From Chlamydiia bacterium (GTDB lineage Bacteria; Chlamydiota; Chlamydiia; Chlamydiales; 2-12-FULL-49-11): DNA of 64,000 nt. Numbering within the stretch: position 1 is the first letter of the stretch; every line of letters begins with the position of its first letter. The notes below the pieces were generated by a model. It saw only the letters and a list, made by a program, of their open reading frames with translations, searched no databases and was not told the origin of the DNA. The DNA lies in NCBI GenBank assembly GCA_044359535.1, contig JBIKLZ010000003.1:1-64000 (forward strand), read 5' to 3'. Below, in pieces: positions 48,129-58,538 of the stretch. The position numbers and the translations under genes are program-made.

Positions 48129-49760
48129 TTATTCCTGTAAAACCGAAGCTTCCCTTAACTTTCTTTCCTTTTTCATTTCCTGATTAAGCCTTCCTAAGCT
48201 ATGGCCCTCAAAATCGACAAAAGAAAAGAAATGTTTAAATTCAGGATAGGCAGAAATCACTTGGTGACATAAATCTTGGGCTACTTTTCTGTAAGAAACA
48301 TGCCCTTGGGGTTGAGATCGAAGTTCACATAACCATTGAAGGGCCCTTAAGTTAATATGGAAGTACCAACGAATATTGTAAGCCATTGGGACAATATATT
48401 GAGCCTCATGAGGCAATTCCTTAGCAAGGATAGAAAAAGCTTCTTTTGCCTTTTTTAGAGCAGAGCAATACTCTTGTTCCATCGGGGAGTCTTTAATTTC
48501 TTCTGGAATATAAAAACCTAAATCACAGGTAAGGAGTTGTTTATCTTGAGTAAGCATCCGATGTCTTTGTAGATCTCGATAAATTCCAAAATCAGCAACA
48601 ATTTCGAAGGTAAACTCTGCATGTTCCAAAGCTCTTGGGGATTTATGGCGTCTATTAGTTCTATGGATCCATCCTTTTTCTAAAATGGCATGAAGCTCTT
48701 CGGCAGATTTCCTCTTAAGCTTTTCTTTGATGTTTTCAAAAGAGCTATTGCAATGAGGGAATAAAAGAGCAGCAGCTACATTTAAGGGGGCATCTTTTGA
48801 GGAAGAAATAAGTTTTACCCTTGGTTCGGAACAAGGGTTTTCAAATAGGTCATTAAAAGGGGAGGCAATGTCATTAAGCCCTTCATTCATACTATTCATA
48901 AAGGTGGTATAACCAATGTTGTACTTATGATTTTCTTCACTTCTTCTGATAAATGAGGGAATGACCTTGTTGAGCTCAACAAAGGTTGAAGACGCAATGT
49001 GTGTCAGTTCAAAAACAGTTCCAGCATGAAGTCTTTGAATCAGAGTTTCAAAAAACCTTCCATTTCCAAAAAGCCCCATATTTGTCATTGTTGCAGCAGG
49101 AAGAAGGCCACGAAGGCAGTCTAAAACCTTAGCGCGCAAAGCTCCATTGTAAGCTCCTTTTGAGATTGATGGGTCGTGGGGGAAGGTTTCAGCAATAACA
49201 GAGGTTAATTTGGGGATAAGCTTGCTGTAGGTTTCAAATAGAAAATCGCATGTTTTAATATAGAGATCTTTAAAGGCAGAGGCCATAATCATAGGCTCTT
49301 TATAGTATAAATATTTGCCATCTACTTTTTGATCAAAATAGACATAGCGTGTCGATTTTTCTAAAGGAGAGCCCCCTATTCTAGAATCTTGAATAGCTTT
49401 GCAAGCAAGCATCGAAATGTTTTCAAAGGCTATGTGAGCACTTCCTAACTCTCCGATAGAGTCATCCCCATAGCCATCTAAAATTCTGTCATAGAAATTT
49501 TGAGCTTTAACAATAGCTAAAGAGCTATTTTTCCCCCCATCACCAGAAATTTCATTAAAAAGCATCTCCTCTTTAGTGATAAATTCTTTTAATAAAAGGG
49601 AGCGTAACCCTAAGGTGGATCGTGAATATTTAGAAAATAAAGCCCCTTTAATCACTTCGGGGAGATTTTGAAGGGCAAAAATATTGCTTGTTGTAGAAGT
49701 TACATAGTTTTCTATAAGTTTTTTTTCTTCTTCTGTAAAGGTTTCATTAAAACTATCCAT
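48129..49760 (-). CDS. thyX: FAD-dependent thymidylate synthase, chlamydial double-domain type
   Basis: ALFSKYSRS, GYGDDSIGEL, LEKSTRY, DLQRHR, NLRAL..LCELR...GH.SYR. Confidence 0.92.
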   Translation of the reverse strand: MDSFNETFTEEEKKLIENYVTSTTSNIFALQNLPEVIKGALFSKYSRSTLGLRSLLLKEFITKEEMLFNEISGDGGKNSSLAIVKAQNFYDRILDGYGDDSIGELGSAHIAFENISMLACKAIQDSRIGGSPLEKSTRYVYFDQKVDGKYLYYKEPMIMASAFKDLYIKTCDFLFETYSKLIPKLTSVIAETFPHDPSISKGAYNGALRAKVLDCLRGLLPAATMTNMGLFGNGRFFETLIQRLHAGTVFELTHIASSTFVELNKVIPSFIRRSEENHKYNIGYTTFMNSMNEGLNDIASPFNDLFENPCSEPRVKLISSSKDAPLNVAAALLFPHCNSSFENIKEKLKRKSAEELHAILEKGWIHRTNRRHKSPRALEHAEFTFEIVADFGIYRDLQRHRMLTQDKQLLTCDLGFYIPEEIKDSPMEQEYCSALKKAKEAFSILAKELPHEAQYIVPMAYNIRWYFHINLRALQWLCELRSQPQGHVSYRKVAQDLCHQVISAYPEFKHFFSFVDFEGHSLGRLNQEMKKERKLREASVLQE

Positions 49761-49840
49761 TGATCGACTCCATAAAATAGCCTATTCTAACTCAATAGAA
49801 GAATTTGGGCATCTTAATTCTTCAGAAAAGGATTCTCCAA

Positions 49841-49869
49841 TTGCATCGAAAGGCCTTTTCCTGTAGTAT
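49841..49869 (+). promoter_or_regulatory. Candidate sigma66/70 promoter for greA
   Basis: TTGCAT-N17-TAGTAT. Confidence 0.35.
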
Positions 49870-49915
49870 AGAACAACAAAAAACTCATTTTTCAAAAAAA
49901 AGGTAAAAGAGCTCT

Positions 49916-52060
49916 ATGGAATACTATAAGCAATTTAAAAAGCACATTCAAGAAAACAATTTACCGGCAACTGTGTTGTTGTGGCAGGAATACTGCTTAA
50001 GTGATGAGGTGGACCCAAAAGAGATGATTTTGATTTTAGAAGGGATCAAAGGGGCGTTGTTTTCTAATGCTTTTGGCGTCTATATTGACACAGGATTAGA
50101 TTTATGGAAAAATTTAGCTTCCTCACATGAAAAAGACGAGGTGCTTACCTTAATTTTTGATATACAGACGACAAACTCTTCCCTCTATGCAGAGATCGCT
50201 CATCAGTACTTGCATCAAAAATATGGGTCTATCGATGTGTTTCATGATCTTTTAAAGATTTTAGGAATAAGAGATGGGGAGGGTCTTCAAGGGTGTATTC
50301 GAAACTTTGAGCTCTTGATCCATTTACAAAAAGGGAATTTTTGCCTCCATAATGGGGGTTGGGGAGTGGGGGAAGTGATGGAAAGCTCTTTACTAAGAAG
50401 AGAAGTATCCATTGAATTTGACTTAGTTTCAGATGTTAAAAACATCAGTTTTAAAAATGCATTTCACAGTTTAAAGCCCATTTCAAGGGATCACTTCCTT
50501 GCAAGACGATTTGGAGATGGGGAGAAATTTGAAGCCTTTACTCGTGCAAACCCTATTGATGCGATAAAACTTTTACTCAAAGATATGGGGGATTTAACCG
50601 CTTTTGAGATCAAAGAAGAGATGGCCGACCTTGTCATTCCAGAAGAGGAGTGGACAAAATGGTGGAGCAACGTTCGGGGAAAATTAAAAAAAGATGGAGA
50701 AATTGTTTATCCCGAATCGATAAATGAACCCTTTAAGTTGAATGAAAAAAGGGTTTCTCATCAAGATCGGTTGAAAGTTGAAATGAACAAAGTCACATCT
50801 GTGGATGGTTTAATAGAGGTTGTTTATGAATTTTTGAGGGATTTTGGGACCTTTGCAAAAGAAAAGGGGCTCAATGACTTTTTAAGAAAAGAGCTTGGAA
50901 CTATTTTAACAGATAAAAAATTGAATCCTTCAGAAGAGATACAAATTCTTTTTCTCCTACAAGATTTGTCTGAACCTTCTGTCAAGCAATTAAAGGAAAC
51001 AATTCAAAGACTTTCAAAGGTTAAAGAGGTCCTTCAAGCCATCCCAATTTTAGCCTATAAAAGAAGGCTCCTTTCAGAAATTGAATCTGTAAGAGAGGAC
51101 TGGGTAAAAATTTACAGTGAGTTGCTTGTTTCGAAGGAAAAGCACCCTTTAAGAGATTTTATTTACGATCAACTTATTGCAAGAAAAGAGGATAAAGAGT
51201 GTGTTGAGAAGTTAAAAGAGGTGATAGCCACTCCCCAAAACTCTCCTTTTGCGTTTTTATGGTTTTTTCAAAAAATGATGAAAAAGAAAGTAGAAGGATT
51301 TACAGATCAAAGATCTTTAGACGCCCTTTTCATTGGATTTTTTGTCCTTATGCACTATGTTGAAGTTTCATTAAAGGATCGTCTCCTTACAAAAAAAATG
51401 TATGGGATGCTATCGGAAGGGCGATTTGAGATTGTAAGGAGAATTTTTAAGGAACAAGACCTATCGACAACTAAAGAAATTTTACTTTTAGCAACAAAAT
51501 GTCAAATTATTACCCATCACGACCAAACAATCTTAACCTCTTTAGCAGAGGTGGTTCATCCAGAGTTGAAAAAGGAGGCAAAAAACCAAGAAGAGGGGCA
51601 AAAGGTCATTTGGACAACTTCTGAGGGGGTAAAAAAGATCACTGCTCGTTTAGAAGAAATTGCAACAAAAGAGATGATTGAAAATGCAAAGGATATTGAA
51701 ACGGCAAGGGGTCATGGAGACTTAAGGGAAAATAGCGAGTATAAATTTGCTCAAGAAAAAAGAGCCTCTCTCCAAAAAGAATTAAAAAATCTATCTTTAC
51801 AGTTAAAAATGATGAGGGTATTGTCTAAAGAGGACATTGATACGACAAAAGTTTCTGTTGGGACAAAGGTGGTAATAAAAAACCAACATGGAGAAGAAAA
51901 GGAATATGCAATATTAGGTCCTTATGATGCCGATGTTGATAAAAATATCATTTCAGATCAGTCAAATCTAGCAAAAGATCTTTTAGATAAAAAGGTGGGT
52001 CAAAAAGTAACTGTTAACGGCAATGAATGGAGAATTATCACCATTTGTTCCATATTATAG
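49916..52060 (+). CDS. greA: Transcription elongation factor GreA with long chlamydial-type N-terminal extension
   Basis: C-terminal ARGHGDLRENSEYKFA and ILGPYDAD..KNIIS. Confidence 0.92.
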   Translation: MEYYKQFKKHIQENNLPATVLLWQEYCLSDEVDPKEMILILEGIKGALFSNAFGVYIDTGLDLWKNLASSHEKDEVLTLIFDIQTTNSSLYAEIAHQYLHQKYGSIDVFHDLLKILGIRDGEGLQGCIRNFELLIHLQKGNFCLHNGGWGVGEVMESSLLRREVSIEFDLVSDVKNISFKNAFHSLKPISRDHFLARRFGDGEKFEAFTRANPIDAIKLLLKDMGDLTAFEIKEEMADLVIPEEEWTKWWSNVRGKLKKDGEIVYPESINEPFKLNEKRVSHQDRLKVEMNKVTSVDGLIEVVYEFLRDFGTFAKEKGLNDFLRKELGTILTDKKLNPSEEIQILFLLQDLSEPSVKQLKETIQRLSKVKEVLQAIPILAYKRRLLSEIESVREDWVKIYSELLVSKEKHPLRDFIYDQLIARKEDKECVEKLKEVIATPQNSPFAFLWFFQKMMKKKVEGFTDQRSLDALFIGFFVLMHYVEVSLKDRLLTKKMYGMLSEGRFEIVRRIFKEQDLSTTKEILLLATKCQIITHHDQTILTSLAEVVHPELKKEAKNQEEGQKVIWTTSEGVKKITARLEEIATKEMIENAKDIETARGHGDLRENSEYKFAQEKRASLQKELKNLSLQLKMMRVLSKEDIDTTKVSVGTKVVIKNQHGEEKEYAILGPYDADVDKNIISDQSNLAKDLLDKKVGQKVTVNGNEWRIITICSIL

Positions 52061-52072
52061 CCAAGGATCAAT

Positions 52073-53287
52073 ATGAGTATAAGTAAAGTGATTGGGGGTG
52101 CTCTTCTTGTAAGTGGGACAACCATTGGAGCAGGCCTTTTAGGTCTTCCTACAACATGTGCATTTATGGGTTTTTCTCTCTCAATTCTTATTTTTATCAT
52201 CACATCTATGATGATGCTATGCACTGGTATCTTTTTTGTAGATGTCACCTGTGATATTAAAAAAAGGGTCAATATTATTTCTATGGCTGAAAAGACAATT
52301 GGCAGATGGGGGATGATGGTCTCTTGGATTTCATACCTTTTATTAATGTACTCATTGATCTCTTTATACATTGCAGCAAGTGGGCCGTTATTTCAGCAAG
52401 CAAGTCTATATTTTTTCGACATCCCACTATCTGATGGTCTTTCGCATTTTGTCTTAATTCTACTATTTGCGTGGGTGATCTACCTTGGAACCTATGGGGT
52501 GGATATCATAAATAGGGTGCTTATGGTAGGGTTAGTCCTCTCATACATTCTATTGGCATCCACTCTTCCTGCGCATATTGACTTCAAATATTTAGAGCAT
52601 CTAGATTTTAGAGCTTTTTTATACCCTCTTCCCTTTGTAATTACTGGATTTGGATATCATATCATTATTCCGACCCTTGGATCATACATGAATTATAATC
52701 GCAAACTCATGATCTATGCAGTTGTCATAGGAAGTGCTGTGGCTCTTTTGATCAATATTTATTGGCAATTTCTTGTGTTGGGGGTGATTCCTTTAGACCT
52801 TTTTGCAAAGGTGTGGAAACAAGGGATCCCAATTACACAAACCCTTGCCCAAGTGGTTGCCTCCCCTTTAATTTCTATTGGGGTCTATTTATTTTCATTT
52901 TTTGCCATTTTAACCTCCTTTTTAGGGGTGGGGTTGAGTTTATCAGACTTTTTAATTGATGGATTAAAAATAAAAAAAGGTTGGGAAGGGAGACTTTTAG
53001 CTATAGCCCTTACATTTTTACCTCCCCTTCTTTTTGTTAACGTCTACCCAAGAGGCTTTATGCTCGCTTTAGAATATGGAGGCGCTTTTGTGGCAGTGAT
53101 TTTAATTTTCATCCCTTCGGTTATGGTATGGAAACTAAAAGGGCACCTTTTTTATAGAAGTTCTAGAGGAAAGGGGTTAATCACAGTTGTGATCCTTTTT
53201 TCAATGAGTGTCATTATTGTAAATGTTTTAAATCGTTGGGATTTTTTTACAAAAACACTTGAATCTATTGGGGGATTGAAGGGTTGA
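52073..53287 (+). CDS. tyrP: Aromatic amino-acid permease (TyrP/Mtr family), copy 2
   Basis: GTTIGAGLLGLP, GFGYHIIIPT, AILTSFLGV.L.L.DFL.D. Confidence 0.88.
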   Translation: MSISKVIGGALLVSGTTIGAGLLGLPTTCAFMGFSLSILIFIITSMMMLCTGIFFVDVTCDIKKRVNIISMAEKTIGRWGMMVSWISYLLLMYSLISLYIAASGPLFQQASLYFFDIPLSDGLSHFVLILLFAWVIYLGTYGVDIINRVLMVGLVLSYILLASTLPAHIDFKYLEHLDFRAFLYPLPFVITGFGYHIIIPTLGSYMNYNRKLMIYAVVIGSAVALLINIYWQFLVLGVIPLDLFAKVWKQGIPITQTLAQVVASPLISIGVYLFSFFAILTSFLGVGLSLSDFLIDGLKIKKGWEGRLLAIALTFLPPLLFVNVYPRGFMLALEYGGAFVAVILIFIPSVMVWKLKGHLFYRSSRGKGLITVVILFSMSVIIVNVLNRWDFFTKTLESIGGLKG

Positions 53288-55257
53288 ATGAAGATAAAAA
53301 ATTTCATTTAAAGAGTAAATTCACCCCCAAAGGGGATCAGGTTCGAGCAATAAAAGAGCTTACAAAAGGGTTAAATGAGGGAAGAAATTCTCAAGTCCTT
53401 TTAGGGGTTACAGGCTCTGGAAAAACCTTTACAATGGCAAATGTGATTGAAAGGACAAATCGACCGGCCCTTATTCTAGCTCACAATAAAACCTTAGCAG
53501 CCCAACTTTATGAAGAGTTTAAAGAGTTTTTCCCAGACAATGCTGTGGAATATTTTGTCTCTTACTATGATTATTATCAACCTGAGGCTTATTTAGCCCG
53601 AAGTGATACCTATATTGAAAAGGATTTAGCGATCAATGAAGAGATCGCAAGGATGAGACTGTCTGCGACTCGATCCCTTGTAGAAAGGGACGACGTGATT
53701 ATTATAGCCTCTATTTCTTGTATTTATGGATTGGGTTCAAAGAAAAACTATGAAAAAATGGTTTTTTCAATAAAAGTGGGTCAAGAGATATTTAGGGATC
53801 GCCTCCTTTTTCAATTGGTGATGATGCATTTTGAGCGCTCTGACATGGACTTTTTTCGAGGCTCTTTTCGTGTTCGAGGGGATATTATAGAAATTTTCCC
53901 CGCCTATGAAGACAAGCAGTGTTATAGGATAGAATTTTTTGGTGAAGAGGTTGAAAGGATAAGTATTATTGATCCTCTTTCAGGGAAGGTGATTGAAAGA
54001 ATTGATGAGCTGAAAATTTTTCCAGGCTCCCATCATGTTACCCCAGAAGAGGTAAGAGATAGAGCCTTGTTTTCAATTGATAAGGAACTTGATGAAAGAA
54101 TTAAATTCTTTAAAGAGAAAGAAGCTTTTGCTGAAGAGGTTCGTATTCGACAAAGAACTCGGTACGATATCGAGATGATTAAAGAAATAGGTTTTTGCAA
54201 AGGGATAGAAAATTATTCGCTCCACTTTGATGAAAGAAAGGTCGGAGAGCCCCCTTCTTGTTTAATGGATTATTTTCCAGAGAATTATATTTTGTTTGTC
54301 GATGAATCCCATCAAAGTATCCCTCAAGTGCGTGCTATGATCCATGGGGATCGCTCTAGAAAAACCTCTCTTGTCGATTTTGGATTTAGACTCCCTTCAG
54401 CCTTTGACAATAGACCCTTATCCTTTGAAGAATTTTGTGAAAAAAAGCATCAAACTATTTACGTATCTGCTACTCCCCATGAATGGGAGATTAACGAAGC
54501 TGAAGGGGTGGTCGTCCGGCAAGAAATTCGACCTACAGGACTTTTAGATCCAGAAATTGAGGTAAGAGGGGCTATTAATCAATTAGACGATGCGATTGCT
54601 GAAATTGCAAAAGAGGTAAAAGTCAATAGAAGGGTTCTTGTGACATGCCTTACAAAAAAGCTTTCTGAAGAGATTACAACCTATCTACAAGAAATTGGGG
54701 TCAAAGCAAAATATCTGCATAGTGATATCAAAACCCTTGAGAGGATGAGAATTATTGGCGACCTAAGAAACGGAAAGTTCGATGTTCTTATAGGAATTAA
54801 TTTACTTAGAGAGGGTCTTGACATCCCTGAGGTGAGCCTTGTTATGATTTTAGATGCCGATAGAGAGGGGTTTTTACGTTCAGAAACGTCATTAATACAA
54901 ACCTGTGGAAGGGCGGCTCGAAATTGCTTTGGACGGGTGATTCTTTATGGGGATAAGATAACCGAATCGATGCAAAGATGTATCGATATTACAAAAAAAA
55001 GGCGCCTAATGCAAGATGCCTACAATAAAGAGCACGGGATTACACCTCAAACAACAACAGCAACAGCAATGGGAAAAATGTATCAAACATTAGACATTGT
55101 GGAAGAAAAGGCAATTGTGGATCATAAGAAGATCACATCGAAAATCAAAGAGTTAGAAAAAGCGATGACAAAAGCAGCAAACAATTATGAGTTTGAGCTT
55201 GCCGCCCACCTTCGGGATGAGATCAAGTCTTATAGAAATGTCCTTCTTTTAGATTAG
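53284..55257 (+). CDS. uvrB: Excinuclease ABC subunit B
   Basis: GVTGSGKTFT, HNKTLAAQL, YYDYYQPEAY, VDESH, NLLREGLDIPEV, GRAARN, UVR domain. Confidence 0.98.
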   Translation: MNEDKKFHLKSKFTPKGDQVRAIKELTKGLNEGRNSQVLLGVTGSGKTFTMANVIERTNRPALILAHNKTLAAQLYEEFKEFFPDNAVEYFVSYYDYYQPEAYLARSDTYIEKDLAINEEIARMRLSATRSLVERDDVIIIASISCIYGLGSKKNYEKMVFSIKVGQEIFRDRLLFQLVMMHFERSDMDFFRGSFRVRGDIIEIFPAYEDKQCYRIEFFGEEVERISIIDPLSGKVIERIDELKIFPGSHHVTPEEVRDRALFSIDKELDERIKFFKEKEAFAEEVRIRQRTRYDIEMIKEIGFCKGIENYSLHFDERKVGEPPSCLMDYFPENYILFVDESHQSIPQVRAMIHGDRSRKTSLVDFGFRLPSAFDNRPLSFEEFCEKKHQTIYVSATPHEWEINEAEGVVVRQEIRPTGLLDPEIEVRGAINQLDDAIAEIAKEVKVNRRVLVTCLTKKLSEEITTYLQEIGVKAKYLHSDIKTLERMRIIGDLRNGKFDVLIGINLLREGLDIPEVSLVMILDADREGFLRSETSLIQTCGRAARNCFGRVILYGDKITESMQRCIDITKKRRLMQDAYNKEHGITPQTTTATAMGKMYQTLDIVEEKAIVDHKKITSKIKELEKAMTKAANNYEFELAAHLRDEIKSYRNVLLLD

Positions 55258-55603
55258 ATCTATAAAAACCATAACTTACTGACAAATAAAGATGTGTGTA
55301 CTTGATAAGTAAATTTTGATATTCTTGATTATCAAAAACTTCTATTCCAAATTTATCTGTGAAATGATGATATATATCTAGAAGTAATTCTTTAGATTCT
55401 TCGAAGCTAATAGAATCTACATTATCAAAAAATGCAATAATTTTTAAAGGGTTCTGTTCTTCAATAGCATCATACAAAACAGATGTTTCAAAAGAAAAAC
55501 AGTGAATTTTCCAAAAAATAATAAAGATCAGAAAAGGGTAACGCTGTTTTATCAATATATTTTTCCATAAATTAAAAAATATAGACCTACTAAAAATACC
55601 CAA
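55223..55603 (-). CDS. Low-GC hypothetical ORF, possibly a truncated remnant
   Basis: 126-aa ORF running into the uvrB 3' end; signal-like segment KQRYPFLIFIIFW. Confidence 0.35.
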   Translation of the reverse strand: MGIFSRSIFFNLWKNILIKQRYPFLIFIIFWKIHCFSFETSVLYDAIEEQNPLKIIAFFDNVDSISFEESKELLLDIYHHFTDKFGIEVFDNQEYQNLLIKYTHLYLSVSYGFYRSNLKEGHFYKT

Positions 55604-55758
55604 AAATTCAATCCAATAAGAAATGTGTTTTTAGCTTTCCAAGCTTTAACTAAATGAATGGTTGAAAAGGTAAAAGCATAAGCAAATGGGATAAGCCATA
55701 TCATAGGACCCAGTATTTTATAGAAAAAAGATTTAAAAAGTTCCATTTTTAATCCCAA
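55552..55758 (-). CDS. Small two-TM membrane protein
   Basis: 68 aa (ATG 55746 likely), two hydrophobic segments. Confidence 0.45.
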   Translation of the reverse strand: MGLKMELFKSFFYKILGPMIWLIPFAYAFTFSTIHLVKAWKAKNTFLIGLNFWVFLVGLYFLIYGKIY

Positions 55759-55805
55759 TTTTTAGAAAAAATAGCAAAGACCTAAACAAGAGTCAATAAA
55801 AAATA

Positions 55806-58331
55806 TTAATCCTTAACAATGTTTTTTGAAATGCATTTAGCAAGTTGCATCATGTCTAAAGGTTCATTAGACCCAAAAAAGGCTGCCATTAATGCGTCAG
55901 GGACAATCAAGCGCTTATTCTTTTCATCTTGAAGCTGGTGCTCTTTAATATAGATCCATAACTTTTTAGTGATTTCTCCACGACTCATCTCCTTTTCTCC
56001 CACAAGGGCTTTTAATGCAGCAGAGACTTTTAAAAATGGTGAGTTTCTTTTTGTCCCACCCCTTTTTGCCCCCCCTTTTTTCTCATAAGGGGTTTTTAAG
56101 TGGTCTTTATACTTTTCTTCCACCTCATCAATGCTATTGCCTATGACATTACAATCAGGGAAATTTGAACAGGAAAAAAACATCTTTCCAAATCTTGATT
56201 TCTTTTGGGTAAGAGTGCCATCACACCCTTTTGCCGGACAAGGGGGGAGATTTGTTGCAAACTCTTCCCCTTTCTTAGGGATGTTTACAATGGTTTTACA
56301 CTCAGGGTAACCAGTGCACCCTAAAAACAATCCAAAACGAGAGCTCCTTGTTTTCATCTCCTTACCACATTTAGGACATTTTTGATCCCAGTTAAAATCA
56401 TCGGCATAGGGGGTTTTATCAAGGGCTTTTTCCTCTTCAATCGGGGCGCTATAGTCACACTCTGGGTACCCCGTACATCCATAAAAATACTTATCGTTAG
56501 CAAAGATTTTATTTAATTTATGCTTGTTACATTTTGGACAGTCAATATCTGTGGGTATCCTTGGAATTTTAGCCTCTTTTTTTGCTAATTCCACCTCTGG
56601 TTTAAATTTTTCCCAAAACTTTTGTAAAAATTTCTTCCAGTCTTTTTGATCCTCAGCAATTTCATCAAGGGTCCTTTCCATCTCTGCGGTGAATTCAATA
56701 TCCATAATATCCTGGAAATTTTCTTCTAAGAGCTGACAAATAATCTTTCCTAAATCTGTCGGTATAAGAGCCCCTTTTTCTTTGACTGTATAGGCTCTTG
56801 ATTGGATTTTATTCATAATCGCTGCGTAAGTTGACGGTCTTCCAATTCCTGAGCGCTCTAATTCTTTTACTAAAGAGGCTTCTGTAAATCTTCCTGGGGG
56901 CTTTGTAAAGCTTTTGGTCATTTCTGTCTTTTTTAAAGGGAGAATTTCCCCTACCTCTAATGGAGGGAGAATCACCTCAAGTTCAGAAGTTTCTTCATCA
57001 GTTTTTTCTTCATAGGCGGCTAAAAATCCTTTGAACTTGATGTTTGAGCCCGATAACCTCATCATCATTGTCTTTATCATCGTATCTTTATGTCCTGAGG
57101 CTTGTGCGTCAATATCGACAGAAACAGTATCGTAGATAGCAGCCTTCATCTGTGAAGCAAAAAAACGCTTCCATATCAATGAGTAGAGTTTAAATTGATC
57201 TGGGTTTAGAAAATGCTTTATTTTATCTGGGGAGTTTTCAAAGTTTGTAGGACGAATCGCTTCATGGGCATCTTGAACAACTTTTTTTGATCCATAGATC
57301 GGAGGCACTTCTGGTAGGTATTTATCGCCATAAAGTAGAGAAATATAGGGTCTACAAAGAGCAGTAGCTTCTTTTGAAACCCTTACAGAGTCTGTTCTCA
57401 TATAGGTTATAAGACCTTCTGTCCCATCTCCCATATCAATCCCTTCATAAAGATTTTGTGCGACCATCATCGTTTTTTTAGACGAAAAACTATGGTGTCT
57501 TGACGCCTCTTGTTGGAGGGTTGAAGTAATAAACGGGGGAGAGGGCTGCCTTTTACGTTCCTTTTTCTCAATTTTTGTAACAGTATACTTGCTATGGTCA
57601 AGGGCATCTTTCACACTTGTTGCAATACGTTCATTATCAATAATAAAGACATCTTTCTTATCAGATTCTTCTTTTTCTACCTTTTTCCCATTTACCGTGT
57701 GAAGGGAGCAGACAAGGCAATCTTTGTCTTTAGTTAAATGGGCTGAAAGGTTCCAATATTCAATGGGGATAAAAGCTTCAATTTCCCTTTCTCTATCGAC
57801 AACAATTTTAAGAGCAACCGATTGCACTCTTCCGGCAGAAAGGGTATGGGTAGATCTTCGAATTTTTTGGTGTAAAATAGGAGAAATTTTGTAGCCCACA
57901 ATGCGATCTAAAAACCTTCGAGCCTGTTGAGCATCGACAAGATGCATATCAATTTCTCTTGGGTTTTTTATCGCATTTTTTACAGCTTCTTTTGTAATTT
58001 CATTAAAAGTAATCCTTTGATACTTTGTCCCTTTCGGAAGAATTTCAGCAATATGCCAAGCTATAGCTTCCCCCTCTCGATCAGGGTCGGGGGAAAGGTA
58101 GACCATCTCAACAGATTTGGCCGCTTTTTTTAAAGCTGTGACAACTTTACTCTTCCCCTCTAAAATTTCATATTCGGGCTCAAAATTATTTTCTAGATCA
58201 ATACCAAATTTATTCGGGGGCAGATCTCTGATATGACCGATAGAGGATTCAAAAAGATAATCAGAGCCTAGAAATTTTTGGAGTGTTTTAATCTTTGCTG
58301 GGGACTCTACAATAATTAAGGCTTTTTTCAT
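55806..58331 (-). CDS. topA: DNA topoisomerase I with Zn ribbons and C-terminal SWIB/MDM2 domain
   Basis: IVESPAK, DPDREGEAI, SAGRVQS, ITYMRTD, GIGRPSTY, three C4 Zn ribbons, SWIB motif SRGEITKKLWIYIKEHQLQD. Confidence 0.97.
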   Translation of the reverse strand: MKKALIIVESPAKIKTLQKFLGSDYLFESSIGHIRDLPPNKFGIDLENNFEPEYEILEGKSKVVTALKKAAKSVEMVYLSPDPDREGEAIAWHIAEILPKGTKYQRITFNEITKEAVKNAIKNPREIDMHLVDAQQARRFLDRIVGYKISPILHQKIRRSTHTLSAGRVQSVALKIVVDREREIEAFIPIEYWNLSAHLTKDKDCLVCSLHTVNGKKVEKEESDKKDVFIIDNERIATSVKDALDHSKYTVTKIEKKERKRQPSPPFITSTLQQEASRHHSFSSKKTMMVAQNLYEGIDMGDGTEGLITYMRTDSVRVSKEATALCRPYISLLYGDKYLPEVPPIYGSKKVVQDAHEAIRPTNFENSPDKIKHFLNPDQFKLYSLIWKRFFASQMKAAIYDTVSVDIDAQASGHKDTMIKTMMMRLSGSNIKFKGFLAAYEEKTDEETSELEVILPPLEVGEILPLKKTEMTKSFTKPPGRFTEASLVKELERSGIGRPSTYAAIMNKIQSRAYTVKEKGALIPTDLGKIICQLLEENFQDIMDIEFTAEMERTLDEIAEDQKDWKKFLQKFWEKFKPEVELAKKEAKIPRIPTDIDCPKCNKHKLNKIFANDKYFYGCTGYPECDYSAPIEEEKALDKTPYADDFNWDQKCPKCGKEMKTRSSRFGLFLGCTGYPECKTIVNIPKKGEEFATNLPPCPAKGCDGTLTQKKSRFGKMFFSCSNFPDCNVIGNSIDEVEEKYKDHLKTPYEKKGGAKRGGTKRNSPFLKVSAALKALVGEKEMSRGEITKKLWIYIKEHQLQDEKNKRLIVPDALMAAFFGSNEPLDMMQLAKCISKNIVKD

Positions 58332-58538
58332 CTGCTATACTTTTTGTTGTTAAATTTCTATTACCAATTACTCTTTTATTAGGATATAAAAAAACCTGTT
58401 GCAAGAGCCTTTGTGTAGAGTAAGCATAGAGGGTAGAAGGGATTAATGACAAGAGAAGGTTTCATCATTTGAAAATAAAGAATCGATCTTCTATAATTTT
58501 TCTCCTTATTGAATCAAAGAAGGGGAGAGAAAATTGCA

